From a virus (lineage: Duplodnaviria > Caudoviricetes), in the IMG/VR virus record IMGVR_UViG_3300016484_001207, positions 1-33,567 of that record: DNA of 33,567 nt; one strand, 5' to 3'. Under the pieces are notes generated by a model. It ran no database searches. It had not been told where the DNA came from and saw only the letters and a list, made by a program, of their open reading frames with translations. Shown here in pieces: positions 16,984 to 27,024 of the stretch; positions within the stretch are counted from its first letter, which is position 1, and every line of letters starts with the position of its first letter. Position numbers and translations under genes: made by a program.

Positions 16984-17625
16984 ATGTTACGTGAAAAAAT
17001 CCTGGCACAACTGATTGCAAAGCATTCAGGGGTGTCAAAAAAAGCGCTGGGACTTATAGCCGATAAACTGGCAAAAAAAGTAACAGACGAAAGCGGGATC
17101 GATGAAGCAATTACCACATTCGATAACGCAGTTGGAATCAAAGAATTTGCAGACGACTTACAACGGGAAGGTGACAGCAGGGTTGGTGAAGCTAAAAAGG
17201 AATGGGAAAAGAAAACCCCTCCTAAGCCGCCAAAAACTGATGAACCAGGTGAAGAACCAAATCCAAAAGATGATACACCCGCATGGGCTAAAACATTGCT
17301 GGATAAAGTTGACAGACTTGAACGTGAAAAAGCCGTTGGTACAAATGCCAGCAAAGCAGAAGCGGCGCTGAAAGATGTACCAAAATCATTTTGGAAGGGT
17401 AGAACAATACCTGAAAAAGAAGAGGAACTGCAGGCATTTATTGATTCAGTAAACACGGATTTTTCAGCATTCAAACAGGAACAGATTGATGCCGGTCTTA
17501 TGCAGGCCACTCCACCAACAGGCGGAAATGGCGGCGGCGGAAATGGCGGCAATGATAAAGCCATTGAAGCTGATATTAAAGCGTGGGCAGAAAAGGGTAA
17601 GCCAGCTGTAACCGAAAAAAAGTAA
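16984..17625 (+). CDS. Capsid scaffolding protein
   Basis: LQREGDSRV, Pro/Lys/Glu linker, PAWAK, Gly-rich tail; lies before the capsid genes. Confidence 0.75.
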   Translation: MLREKILAQLIAKHSGVSKKALGLIADKLAKKVTDESGIDEAITTFDNAVGIKEFADDLQREGDSRVGEAKKEWEKKTPPKPPKTDEPGEEPNPKDDTPAWAKTLLDKVDRLEREKAVGTNASKAEAALKDVPKSFWKGRTIPEKEEELQAFIDSVNTDFSAFKQEQIDAGLMQATPPTGGNGGGGNGGNDKAIEADIKAWAEKGKPAVTEKK

Positions 17626-17648
17626 TAACACTTTAAATTTTTAACACC

Positions 17649-18239
17649 ATGGGATTACAACCTGTTAAGACAACCGTAAACGGCGGCGTACCAGTTTTTC
17701 AATCAAGACTGGAGAATGCAATGGGCGGTTTTGTGCTGGATGACAGCACACTTACAGCGGGTAACACCGTAAAAGCCGGCCATCCGCTGGGTTACGATGA
17801 AACTACCCGCAAAGCCAAGGTGGTTAAGCTGGCGAAGGTGTATGAAAATGCAACCAACTCAGCTACCACCATAAAAGTTTATAAAGGCCACCACTTTAAA
17901 GTGGGTGACTACATTGCAAAAACAGTGGGCAGTGCTGCATATGCAGTAACAGCTATTGATACCAGCAATGCGGCCTATGATTCATTTACCGTGGGAACAA
18001 CATTAGGTGTGGTTTTAACAGCCGATACCGATGTGTTGTTTCAATCATCTGCCACCGGTGCTTCAGCAGCCGCTTACAGCGTAACTGCAAAAGGCCTGTT
18101 GTATGAAGATACTGAAGTGGGCAGCAACGTGAGCTTATCCGTTGTTATCCGTGGCACGGTTTACGAACGCAGGGCACCTGCAGTTACTGCAGTGGTTAAA
18201 ACAGCCTTGCCTCACATCATTTATTCACAATCTTATTAA
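17649..18239 (+). CDS. Head decoration protein
   Basis: GGFVLD...GHPL...KA.VVK and GLLYED...GTVYERR pattern; lies immediately before the MCP. Confidence 0.65.
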   Translation: MGLQPVKTTVNGGVPVFQSRLENAMGGFVLDDSTLTAGNTVKAGHPLGYDETTRKAKVVKLAKVYENATNSATTIKVYKGHHFKVGDYIAKTVGSAAYAVTAIDTSNAAYDSFTVGTTLGVVLTADTDVLFQSSATGASAAAYSVTAKGLLYEDTEVGSNVSLSVVIRGTVYERRAPAVTAVVKTALPHIIYSQSY

Positions 18240-18266
18240 ATCAGGGAGGCCTAATAAGGAAAAATT

Positions 18267-19358
18267 ATGAGCAAATTAATTTCAGTTTTCGGTACCTACG
18301 CCACCAAATTACAGATGGTAATAGATACCAGTCTGGATAAATTCGCACCAACCTGGTTTCAAAAATACTTTGGTTGGGGAGTTATCCAAACCACGCTGAC
18401 TTATACCAGCGTTATCGGTAAAAGCCGCATTGAAGCAGCCGCTTCTGTGGTTGACCGTGATTCACCTGCTCCACTGCGCAGCAGGGCTGCTTTAGACAAG
18501 CTCAGCGGCGATATTCCCGCTATCAGCGAGAAGTTCAAAATGAGCTCAAACGATTATTACGACTTCATGGCATTGCAGGCAATTACCGGTGTTGATGACG
18601 CTACTAAGCGCCAACAGCTGCTGGATCTGTTGTTTGATGATGTTAAGAAGTGTGGTGATTCTCCATTAAAGCGTATCGACATTATGTGCTTACAGGCATT
18701 AAGCACTGGTAAAATCACTTTGGATGCTACCACAAACCCTGATGGTTTGATATTAAGCGATATTGATCTGTTAATGCCATCAGGCAATAAAGTGAATGCC
18801 AACGTTGCGTGGGCAACTGCTGCCAGTGCCAAACCGCTTACAGTGGATATTCCAACCATTGTAAATGCAGCACAGGACCGTGGCATTAAGTTTTCTAAAA
18901 TGCTGATGAGCCGTGCAAAATGGCTGGAATTCCAGCAGATTGCTGAAGTAAAGAGCTTGCTCTCCAACTTCCTGGGCTTTAAACAAGCCGGCAACATGCT
19001 GGTTACGCTGGATAACGTAAACAACCTGCTTTCTGCCAACATGTTCCCCATTATTGAAATAGTGGATGAAGCAATTGGCGTGGAAAAAGATGGTGTAATT
19101 ACAACCATCCGTCCATGGGCAGATGCTAACGTATCATTCGTTCCTGCAGGCCAGTTAGGTACTATCAAAAACACCATTACCATAGAGCAGATGAAGCCCG
19201 TTGATAAAGTAAGCTACGGCGTTTATCAGCGTGTATCTATCAGCAAATGGAGTGAGAATGATCCGTTTGGCGAATGGACTAAAGGTGAATTGAACGCATT
19301 CCCGGCATTGGAGGCTATCGACAGTATTTATCTGTTGAGTACCACCCTTGCATTCTAA
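18267..19358 (+). CDS. Major capsid protein (lambda gpE-like)
   Basis: 363 aa; AASVVDRDSPAPLR, GDIPAI, QALSTGKI, NAFP motifs; position. Confidence 0.85.
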   Translation: MSKLISVFGTYATKLQMVIDTSLDKFAPTWFQKYFGWGVIQTTLTYTSVIGKSRIEAAASVVDRDSPAPLRSRAALDKLSGDIPAISEKFKMSSNDYYDFMALQAITGVDDATKRQQLLDLLFDDVKKCGDSPLKRIDIMCLQALSTGKITLDATTNPDGLILSDIDLLMPSGNKVNANVAWATAASAKPLTVDIPTIVNAAQDRGIKFSKMLMSRAKWLEFQQIAEVKSLLSNFLGFKQAGNMLVTLDNVNNLLSANMFPIIEIVDEAIGVEKDGVITTIRPWADANVSFVPAGQLGTIKNTITIEQMKPVDKVSYGVYQRVSISKWSENDPFGEWTKGELNAFPALEAIDSIYLLSTTLAF

Positions 19359-19372
19359 AAGTTCTTTGTACC

Positions 19373-19687
19373 ATGACCAATAAACAAGCTCTCATAGCAG
19401 TCCTGCGAATAAATGTGCCCGATGACACACTGGAAAAAGCATTGCTTGACCATGATGTTGACGGTGCTGCAAACTACACAAAGGACAATGCAACAAACAT
19501 CGACCTGTGTGCAATAGATGTATTTGCAGGACTGCTGGCCGAGCCTGATGTTACTGAAGGAGGCTACTCTGTTAAGTACGACAGGAAGGCGGTACAGGAG
19601 CGCCTTGTTTTATTGGCCAAAAAGCATAACGTAACCGAAATTTTAAATCAATACAAGCCATCTGTTAAGTGCAGGCCGGTATGGTAA
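19373..19687 (+). CDS. Head-tail adaptor
   Basis: MTNKQAL..., DVTEGGYSVKYDR; follows the MCP. Confidence 0.7.
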   Translation: MTNKQALIAVLRINVPDDTLEKALLDHDVDGAANYTKDNATNIDLCAIDVFAGLLAEPDVTEGGYSVKYDRKAVQERLVLLAKKHNVTEILNQYKPSVKCRPVW

Positions 19688-19995
19688 AACAATACCCTCA
19701 TACAATAACGATAACCACACAAAGCGGTTCATCTAAAGTAAACGGGAGCTGGCAGGCAGGTACAGAAACTACAGTTGATAAAAGTTGCCGGTACGAACCT
19801 AATAAAGGAAACGGTTTAATTACCGCTGCCGATGGTACACAGATTAATTATGACGGAATCGTTTATATGCCGTTGCCACAAACATACCTGCAACCAGGTA
19901 CAGCAGTGGAAGTAAAAAACGGCGCAACAGTTCTTTTAAATGGCACAGTAAAGCAGTGCAGTGTGGGTCAACAAAATGCAAGGTTATGGCTGTAA
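19681..19995 (+). CDS. Head closure (stopper) protein
   Basis: Beta-rich, CRYEPN motif; ATG at 19681 preferred over 19669. Confidence 0.65.
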   Translation: MVKQYPHTITITTQSGSSKVNGSWQAGTETTVDKSCRYEPNKGNGLITAADGTQINYDGIVYMPLPQTYLQPGTAVEVKNGATVLLNGTVKQCSVGQQNARLWL

Positions 19996-20435
19996 GTCTT
20001 ATACCCAAATTCAACCGGAATGATATAGCAAAAATGCTGGCTGAAAAATACACCGTTATTGATCAGGCGCTTTTATTGCGAATACTGCGGGTTGGTGAAG
20101 CCTTTGTAAAACAGGCAAGGGATACAGCAAACTTTAAAGACAGAACCGGCAATTTAAGAAGCTCCATTGGTTACATCATATTAAAAGACGGCAAAGACAT
20201 TTACGAAAATTTCAAAAGCCGTGCAGGTGGTAAAGATGGAGTTGAAAAAGCAAGGGAGGTGGCAGCAGCGCTTAAAATTAAATATCCAAAAGGATATGTG
20301 CTGATAGCAGTTGCCGGAATGGATTATGCTGCAGCAGTGGAAAGCCTGGGTTATGATGTAATAACCAGCAGCGCTGCTGATGCCGCTACCAATTTAAAAC
20401 AATCTCTTTCAGAACTGGCTAAAAAGCTAAAATGA
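19986..20435 (+). CDS. Neck/tail completion protein (HK97 gp10-like)
   Basis: FKDRTGNLRSSIGY, VAGMDYAAAVES.GYDV; ATG at 19986 preferred. Confidence 0.75.
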   Translation: MAVSLIPKFNRNDIAKMLAEKYTVIDQALLLRILRVGEAFVKQARDTANFKDRTGNLRSSIGYIILKDGKDIYENFKSRAGGKDGVEKAREVAAALKIKYPKGYVLIAVAGMDYAAAVESLGYDVITSSAADAATNLKQSLSELAKKLK

Positions 20436-20839
20436 CCACCACACTTGCAATAATTGATACACTGTTTACAAAGCTGGATTCAAGCACATTGAAAACAGCC
20501 ATTACCGGCAGCATTTGCAAGCAAAAGCGTGACGGTAACAGTAAAAAAGAAGATGTGGTTATTAATTGCCTTCCGGTAAACAACACACAGCTTCAAACAG
20601 CCATTGCCAATGTAAACATTTATGTGCCCGATTTACAAGTGGCAGTAAATGGCATGCAGGACCTTCAGCCCGATATTACCAGGCTGGAAGAGCTGGCAAA
20701 CATGGCAGTTGAAATATTGGATGATAACTGGACAGCATCACTCAATTACAATGTGCAGCAACAGGTTTTATTTGATGACCCGGATTCAAAAAGTCATTAC
20801 ATAAATATCAGAATTGAATTTTTTATTGAAAATCTTTAA
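20432..20839 (+). CDS. Tail terminator protein
   Basis: KKEDVVIN, ANVNIYVPD, HYINIRIEF; position before the tail tube. Confidence 0.65.
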   Translation: MTTTLAIIDTLFTKLDSSTLKTAITGSICKQKRDGNSKKEDVVINCLPVNNTQLQTAIANVNIYVPDLQVAVNGMQDLQPDITRLEELANMAVEILDDNWTASLNYNVQQQVLFDDPDSKSHYINIRIEFFIENL

Positions 20840-20851
20840 ATAACAATCATC

Positions 20852-21634
20852 ATGGCAAAAAAAGTATTTGGCCTTGCCTCTTTAAAAACAGCCGATGTTG
20901 CCGTTGATGGCGGCATGGGCACCAAACTGCAAACAGTAGGTGAAACCGTAAGTGGTACCGCTGTAATGACGCAGGAAGATAATACCACAACAGAATTCGC
21001 CATTGAAGAAAGCGACAGCCCTGTTGAAAGCATTGTAAGTGCTGCCGGTAAAATAACATTTTCGTGGAGCTCTTATAAAATTGATTACCGCAATTTGTAC
21101 AGGCTGTTTGGCGGTACTGGTAACATGCCGCTGCCTGCAGGTGCTGTATTAACGCTGGGTACATTAACAGCCGGCTCTGGTTATACCGCTGCAGGCTTTT
21201 ATGAAGATGTGCCGCTTTCTGTTAATACCGGCTCTGGCTCAGGTGCAAGGGCTAACATTACCGTTGCAGGCGGTGTAATTACAGCTGTTGAAATAACTGC
21301 ACCCGGTACCGGTTATGCTGGTACGCAGGAACTAACAGCAGCCAACACACTTTTAGGAGGCGCTGGTACTGGCTGGAAAGTAGTTATAAGCACTGTGCAA
21401 TCAACTGCTGCGCTGGAAAAATGGGAAGCCCCTGATTCATTCCCTGATATTGAGCAATCAATACAGATTACCGATAAAAAAGGTAATGTGGTTATTATAC
21501 CACGGGCAAAAATCAGCAGCAAGCTGGGTTTATCATTTGCAAAAGATAAATTAGGACAATTGGATATGGTGGCAACCGTATTGCAGCCTACAAAATCAGG
21601 CGAAAAACGGATGACCATAACCTTTGCCAACTAA
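20852..21634 (+). CDS. Major tail tube protein with inserted Gly/Thr-rich domain
   Basis: DGGMG, EESDSP, LFGGT, WEAP, IPRAKI motifs flank an insertion of about 95 aa. Confidence 0.8.
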   Translation: MAKKVFGLASLKTADVAVDGGMGTKLQTVGETVSGTAVMTQEDNTTTEFAIEESDSPVESIVSAAGKITFSWSSYKIDYRNLYRLFGGTGNMPLPAGAVLTLGTLTAGSGYTAAGFYEDVPLSVNTGSGSGARANITVAGGVITAVEITAPGTGYAGTQELTAANTLLGGAGTGWKVVISTVQSTAALEKWEAPDSFPDIEQSIQITDKKGNVVIIPRAKISSKLGLSFAKDKLGQLDMVATVLQPTKSGEKRMTITFAN

Positions 21635-21660
21635 GCACAAACCATTTTATTAAAATAAGC

Positions 21661-21689
21661 AAATGGCTATGGGATAACCATAGCCATTT
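21661..21689 (+). terminator. Perfect 12-bp stem-loop after the tail tube gene (terminator/stabiliser)
   Basis: AAATGGCTATGG-GATAA-CCATAGCCATTT; short U tail, so probably leaky. Confidence 0.6.
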
Positions 21690-21699
21690 ATATTAAAAC

Positions 21700-22215
21700 A
21701 TGACTGAAGAAAAACAAATACTGCAACAGGTAAGCGATGCAACACTGCAAAAGCCGGTAACCATAACGGTGGATATTCAGCCCGTAAACAGGTACCATGC
21801 TTTATTGCAAAAGTGGGGCATACTGCCAAAAACAAAATCATTTCAGTTAAAGCCGGCTGTGTTGGGTACGCTCATAAAAATATCCGGTGTACTGGTATCA
21901 ATTGACTTTGTTATACCCGATGGTAAAGATGAACATGGCAATTTGCTAAAGGCTAATTACGATGCCATTATAAAACATGGTAAATCCATGGCCACAGTGG
22001 TGGCTTTGGCAATAGAAAACTGTAATAAAGAAGCAAGTCCACGCCTTGTAAAATTCATCATACGCAATTTTACCACACAGGAAATGTTTGGTGTGCTGTC
22101 GTTGGTGATAAATAAAATGGACCTGCAAAATTTTATGAGTTCTATCATCTCAATAAAAGGCATGAATGTACTGGAGACGAAAAAGAATGTGAGTGCAGCA
22201 AGTGCAGAAAGCTAA
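21700..22215 (+). CDS. Tail assembly chaperone (gpG-like)
   Basis: Lies between the tail tube and tape measure genes. Confidence 0.75.
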   Translation: MTEEKQILQQVSDATLQKPVTITVDIQPVNRYHALLQKWGILPKTKSFQLKPAVLGTLIKISGVLVSIDFVIPDGKDEHGNLLKANYDAIIKHGKSMATVVALAIENCNKEASPRLVKFIIRNFTTQEMFGVLSLVINKMDLQNFMSSIISIKGMNVLETKKNVSAASAES

Positions 22216-22439
22216 GAGGTGAGCCAGATAGCACGGGAGATAATAGCCCGTGGCACCTGATAGGCAGTGTAATTAAATACTTCAGGTTTACTTATGAGTA
22301 TGTGTTATGGGGAATAAGTTTTACAAACCTGAATATGCTGCTGGCAACCATACCGGTTTATGAAAGCAAAAAATCCGGTGCAAATAAAAAGGATGATACT
22401 GAAGTGGTAGATTCAATTGCTGACATCTTTAAAGAATAA
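22179..22439 (+). CDS. Frameshifted chaperone extension (gpGT-like), -1 frame
   Basis: Open -1 frame ...GDNSPWHLIGSVIKYFRFTYEYVLWGISFTNLNMLLATIP...* ending 3 nt before the tape measure ATG; candidate slip site G-AAA-AAG at 22179-22185. Confidence 0.65.
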   Translation, partial: EKECECSKCRKLRGEPDSTGDNSPWHLIGSVIKYFRFTYEYVLWGISFTNLNMLLATIPVYESKKSGANKKDDTEVVDSIADIFKE

Positions 22440-22442
22440 CAA

Positions 22443-25400
22443 ATGGCTGTAAACGTAAACGGCGGGCCGCTTGAATTTAGTGCAATAATAACGGCTGCAC
22501 AGTTCAATGCCGCCATATCACAAATAGAAAAACAACTGCAGGGCCTTACCACCACAGCCCAAAAAGAAGCCAATGCAATTGAGAATATAACACGTAAGGC
22601 TGCCACTGCCATTGCGGCTTATGCATCATTTACCACTGCATCTAACTTTGTGCAGGATATTGTAAGGGTACGGGGCGAATTTCAGCAGCTGGAAGTGGCA
22701 TTTAGCACTATGCTGGGCAGCAAACAAAAAGCAGATAAGCTGCTGGCTGAAGTTACCAACTTTGCTGCCACCACTCCATTTGAACTGCAGGAAGTTGCCA
22801 GCGCCACAAAACAATTATTAGCCTTTGGCATTTCTGCTGATGATATTATACCAACGCTTCGCCAATTAGGTGATGTATCTGCCGGTATTGGCCAGCCTGT
22901 TGGTGAAATTGCCTACCTGTTTGGCACCATTAAAACACAGGGCAAGGCAATGACTGTTGATATCAGGCAGTTTGCCCAGCGTGGTATTCCCATTTATGAA
23001 GAGCTGGCAAAAGTTTTAAAGGTTGACCAGACGGAACTGAATAAATTTATTGAAGCCGGCAAGGTTGGTTTTCCTGAAATACAGCAGGTATTTAAAAACC
23101 TTACTGCTGAAGGCAGCAAGTTTGGCGGATTGATGGAGGCCCAAAGTAAAACACTCACAGGGCAAATAAGCAACTTAAAAGATGCATGGAACCAAATGCT
23201 GAATACCATTGGTAAAGGGCAGGAAGGTTTATTTGCAGATGCCATTTCCGGTGCCACTTATCTGGTAAAGAATTTTGAAAGTGTACTGGATATATTGAAG
23301 GTGTTAATTATCACCTATGGCAGTTACCGGGCGGCGCTTATTGCAACAGCTGCAGTGCAGGCCATAGCCACCAATGCCGCCAAAGGTTACACTATAGCCC
23401 AAACGCTGCAATACCAGGTAATGCTTATCAGCGAAAAAGCCATGAAGCTGTTAAACCGTACCATGCTGGCAAATCCGTTTGTGGCGGTGGCAACAGCAGT
23501 TACTGCAATAGTGGCGGCGCTTGTTATTTTCAATCGCAGTGCCAGTGAGGCAAAAGACAAAGCTACTTTACTAGCTGAAGCCAGCGAAAAAGTAGGCGAC
23601 CGCATGGCTGAAACAGAAGCTAAAATACGTCCTTATGTAGAAGCGCTTAAAAATGCAAACCTGTCTGAGCAGCAGCGGCTGGAAATTTACAATAAGCTGA
23701 AAGAAATTGACCCTAAAATAGTGGAAGGGTTAAATGCAAAAACGCTGAGTTATGAAAGGTTAGCTGCTAATGTAAATTTGTATTTAGGTGCGTTGAGAAA
23801 GCAGATTGCTTTGGAGAGTAATAAAGAGGCGCTCACTTTAAGCATAAAGAATGAACAGCGTATTCAGAAAGAGATTGCAAACACAGAGAAATCCTTAAAA
23901 GAAGCAAATGACAGGCTTTCAAAATTGAGTGCTTTAGATAAATTTCAGGGTAATTCTTTAGATTTTGCTTCTGTTGATAACTTAAGTGATAAGTTGAAAA
24001 ACTTACGTGAAGATTTAGTAAATCAGGAAAACACAACAAAAAGTTTAGGCGAAACACAGGTAAAAACTGAAGGCGAAACACAAAAAGCCAAAGCCCGTAC
24101 CCTTGCTGTAATTGAAGAAGAGATTAAAGCACTGAAAGAACAGCAACAGGCCAACAGTACCAATGCAAAACTGTATAACGAATATCAGCAAAAAATAAAT
24201 GCGCTGGAAGCTGAAAAGAAACGGATCACCGGCGCTTCCAAAGCAGAGGCAAAAGCTGCACAGGCAGAGGAAAATAAAACCAATTCTTTTTTAGAAAAAA
24301 GAAAGGAGCTGTTACGTGATATTGATGACCTTAAACGTGGTGCCAAACAAAGCGGCCTTATAAAAGAGCAAACCGAACTGGATAAAATAAATGAAAAGTA
24401 CGATGCCCTTATATTGAACATTACCGATTACAACAAAAAGGTAGAGGCCTTCAACAAAAAAAATCCAAGGGCCAACGTGCAAAAAGTAGGGCAGGCAGAT
24501 ATTGTTGAACTAAACAATGCCCGTACCCGTGAGCTTAGCAATACCACACTAAAACAGCAGGCAGATGATTATAAAAAGTACCTGGAAAACCAGCGGGAGG
24601 TATTTATAAAATTTGAAGATGCTAAAAAAGATGTGGGCATTACAAAAGCAAAGGAAATGTTTGCAGCCCAAACCGGCAATTATGAAGATTTTCTGCAGCT
24701 GTTAAATGACCAGGCCGCAAAGCTGCTGCCTAAAATTACCTTGGGTATTGCCAATATTGGAGAGGTGCAAAAGTTCAAATCTATTGTTGACCAGCTACAG
24801 CAGTATAACAAAGATAAAACTGCACAGGCGCTGGAAGATGAGAAGAAAAAGTTTATTGAACTGCTGCAGGCCACCGTTACTTACAATGATGATAAAATTG
24901 CCATCAATAAAAAGTATGATGAGTTAGAAGCCACCCTGAAAAAAAACAGCAGCCTTGCAGAGTTTGAGGAGCGCCAAAAAATACTGCAAACATCAAGAGA
25001 AGAAGAATTGCAGCAGCTGGAAAATGCCATGATAAGGCAAAGCGCTGTGTACAAAAAACTCAATCAGGATATTATTGGCTTTACCCGTGAAAGAATTAAG
25101 CAGGAAATAAAACTGCTTAAAGAAAAACTGAAAGCTGATGCCACCCTAACCCCTGAAGTAAAGCAGGCAATACAGGGAACTATTGACAGGTACCAAAGTC
25201 TGTTAAATGAAACCAATGAGCTGGCAAAAGATTTTAATAAAGTAGCAGCCGGCTTAAACACCACAAGCGGTGCATTTTCATCATTGGCAGATGCTATTGC
25301 ACCCTTAAACAGCGGCCTTGCAGAAACATTGCAGCAGCTTTCAGATATTGCTGCCACAGGCTCACAGGCAGCAGCATCCATTGCCTCCTTTGCTGCAGGT

Positions 25401-26528
25401 GATATTGCAGGCGGCATTACCAGTGCCATAAATGCAATCTCCAGCATTATATCTGGCTTTGCAAAAGCCAAACAAAGTAAAATTGATGCACAGCAGCAGG
25501 TAGCAAACTTTCAGCAGCAAATTTACCAGGGTGAGTTACAGTATCAGGAACTAATAAGGCAACGCATAAGAGAGGAAGTAAAGGCAGGCAAATTAAAAAT
25601 TGATGGCCTTAATGCCGAAAAGAAACTGCTGCAGGAACAAAAAGATATTGTACTTAAAAACTACAACGAAATATTTGCAAAGCTGCAAACAGATAGTTTC
25701 ATAAGCGGCCAAACCACTAAGAAAAAAAGAGGCAGCCTGTTAACCGGGTTGGTTGGCTTTTTTTCCGGTACCAGAACAACCGTGCAAAACGAACTGTCAT
25801 CTTTAGCAGGCAAATCATTTGAAGATATTGAAAAGCTGTTTAACACCGGCCAGTTAACAGACAGTGCCAAAAAGCTGTTTGAGCAACTGCAAAAAATAAA
25901 ACAGGAAGGTGTTGATATCGACCGCCTGCTGCAGGAAAATGCAGAGCAGTCTAAACAACTGTTTACCGGTACCACTGCCGACAGTATAACAGACAGTATT
26001 GCTGATGGTTTTAAAAACGGCCTTCGCACTGCATCCGACTTTGCAGGTACTTTTGAAGAGTTTATGCGTGGGGCCATCATCAACAGCTTTAAGTTTAAAT
26101 ATTTAGAGCCTGCCTTTAAAGATTTTTACGAACAATTTGCCACAGCAAGCGAAAGTGATGGCCAGCTTACCAACGCCGAAATAAACCAGCTGAGGGAAGC
26201 ATTTAAAAACATACTCAGCAATGCAGACAGTCAGTTTCAGCAACTGCAGCAAATTGCAGGGCTAAACATAAATGCAACGGGTGGCGGCGGCAATAATTTA
26301 ACAGGTGCCATAAAAGGCATAACAGAACAGCAGGCAGAGCTGCTGGCTGCACAATTTGGCGGGTTAAGAATAACAGCTATTGAAGCATTAGCGGTAAGCC
26401 GTGGGCAACTGAGCGCTTTAAACTTAATTCAAACACATACCGCTGCCACAAGCGAAAGAATATTGCGTATGCTCAGCAAGTTTGATGCATACGAAACCGG
26501 ATTACAAAAACTGCATGTAAAAATTTAA
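22443..26528 (+). CDS. Tail tape measure protein
   Basis: 1361 aa, helical; FAATTPF, QLLAFG, QFAQRGIPI, GQISNLKDAW tape-measure domain. Confidence 0.95.
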   Translation: MAVNVNGGPLEFSAIITAAQFNAAISQIEKQLQGLTTTAQKEANAIENITRKAATAIAAYASFTTASNFVQDIVRVRGEFQQLEVAFSTMLGSKQKADKLLAEVTNFAATTPFELQEVASATKQLLAFGISADDIIPTLRQLGDVSAGIGQPVGEIAYLFGTIKTQGKAMTVDIRQFAQRGIPIYEELAKVLKVDQTELNKFIEAGKVGFPEIQQVFKNLTAEGSKFGGLMEAQSKTLTGQISNLKDAWNQMLNTIGKGQEGLFADAISGATYLVKNFESVLDILKVLIITYGSYRAALIATAAVQAIATNAAKGYTIAQTLQYQVMLISEKAMKLLNRTMLANPFVAVATAVTAIVAALVIFNRSASEAKDKATLLAEASEKVGDRMAETEAKIRPYVEALKNANLSEQQRLEIYNKLKEIDPKIVEGLNAKTLSYERLAANVNLYLGALRKQIALESNKEALTLSIKNEQRIQKEIANTEKSLKEANDRLSKLSALDKFQGNSLDFASVDNLSDKLKNLREDLVNQENTTKSLGETQVKTEGETQKAKARTLAVIEEEIKALKEQQQANSTNAKLYNEYQQKINALEAEKKRITGASKAEAKAAQAEENKTNSFLEKRKELLRDIDDLKRGAKQSGLIKEQTELDKINEKYDALILNITDYNKKVEAFNKKNPRANVQKVGQADIVELNNARTRELSNTTLKQQADDYKKYLENQREVFIKFEDAKKDVGITKAKEMFAAQTGNYEDFLQLLNDQAAKLLPKITLGIANIGEVQKFKSIVDQLQQYNKDKTAQALEDEKKKFIELLQATVTYNDDKIAINKKYDELEATLKKNSSLAEFEERQKILQTSREEELQQLENAMIRQSAVYKKLNQDIIGFTRERIKQEIKLLKEKLKADATLTPEVKQAIQGTIDRYQSLLNETNELAKDFNKVAAGLNTTSGAFSSLADAIAPLNSGLAETLQQLSDIAATGSQAAASIASFAAGDIAGGITSAINAISSIISGFAKAKQSKIDAQQQVANFQQQIYQGELQYQELIRQRIREEVKAGKLKIDGLNAEKKLLQEQKDIVLKNYNEIFAKLQTDSFISGQTTKKKRGSLLTGLVGFFSGTRTTVQNELSSLAGKSFEDIEKLFNTGQLTDSAKKLFEQLQKIKQEGVDIDRLLQENAEQSKQLFTGTTADSITDSIADGFKNGLRTASDFAGTFEEFMRGAIINSFKFKYLEPAFKDFYEQFATASESDGQLTNAEINQLREAFKNILSNADSQFQQLQQIAGLNINATGGGGNNLTGAIKGITEQQAELLAAQFGGLRITAIEALAVSRGQLSALNLIQTHTAATSERILRMLSKFDAYETGLQKLHVKI

Positions 26529-26531
26529 GCT

Positions 26532-27023
26532 ATGGTTAATTTATCAGGCAAATGGTATATTGATGGCATTGACATATTCACCGCCTTTGGTTTATTTATT
26601 GAAGAGGGCAGCACAGATTTTTTAAAATTCCCTCCAAAAAAAGATGCTATTGAGCATGACTGGATGGATGCCAATGGCCGGGATATAGATTTAAGCCGTG
26701 TGTTTTTCGACCAGCGGGAGGGCACCCTTAACATGGCCATTATTGCAACCGATATGGATGATTTTTTTACAAAGCAGCAAAGTTTTATTGCCACCATGAT
26801 ACAGCCGGGCACACGCCGCTTTACGGTAACAGCACATGGCCAAAGAGATTATTTTATTTATTACAAAGAATGCAATAATTACAAAGCTGAAAAAGCGCTT
26901 ACAGGCCAGCAAACAGGCTTATTTGCTTACCGATTTTCAATGGTAGTGGTAGAGCCTGAGCCACAGATTGATGCCAGCCAGGTATTTATTGTTGACCATG
27001 ATGATAATTATTTAATAGCATAG
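26532..27023 (+). CDS. Distal tail protein (Dit-like)
   Basis: IDGIDI..AFG, KFPPKK..IEHDW.D.NG; follows the TMP. Confidence 0.7.
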   Translation: MVNLSGKWYIDGIDIFTAFGLFIEEGSTDFLKFPPKKDAIEHDWMDANGRDIDLSRVFFDQREGTLNMAIIATDMDDFFTKQQSFIATMIQPGTRRFTVTAHGQRDYFIYYKECNNYKAEKALTGQQTGLFAYRFSMVVVEPEPQIDASQVFIVDHDDNYLIA

Positions 27024-27024
27024 C

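Noticed and set aside
22213-22260. Stop read-through of the chaperone TAA into EVSQIAREIIARGT
   Set aside because: Cannot be distinguished from chance without homologues; the -1 frame explains the region
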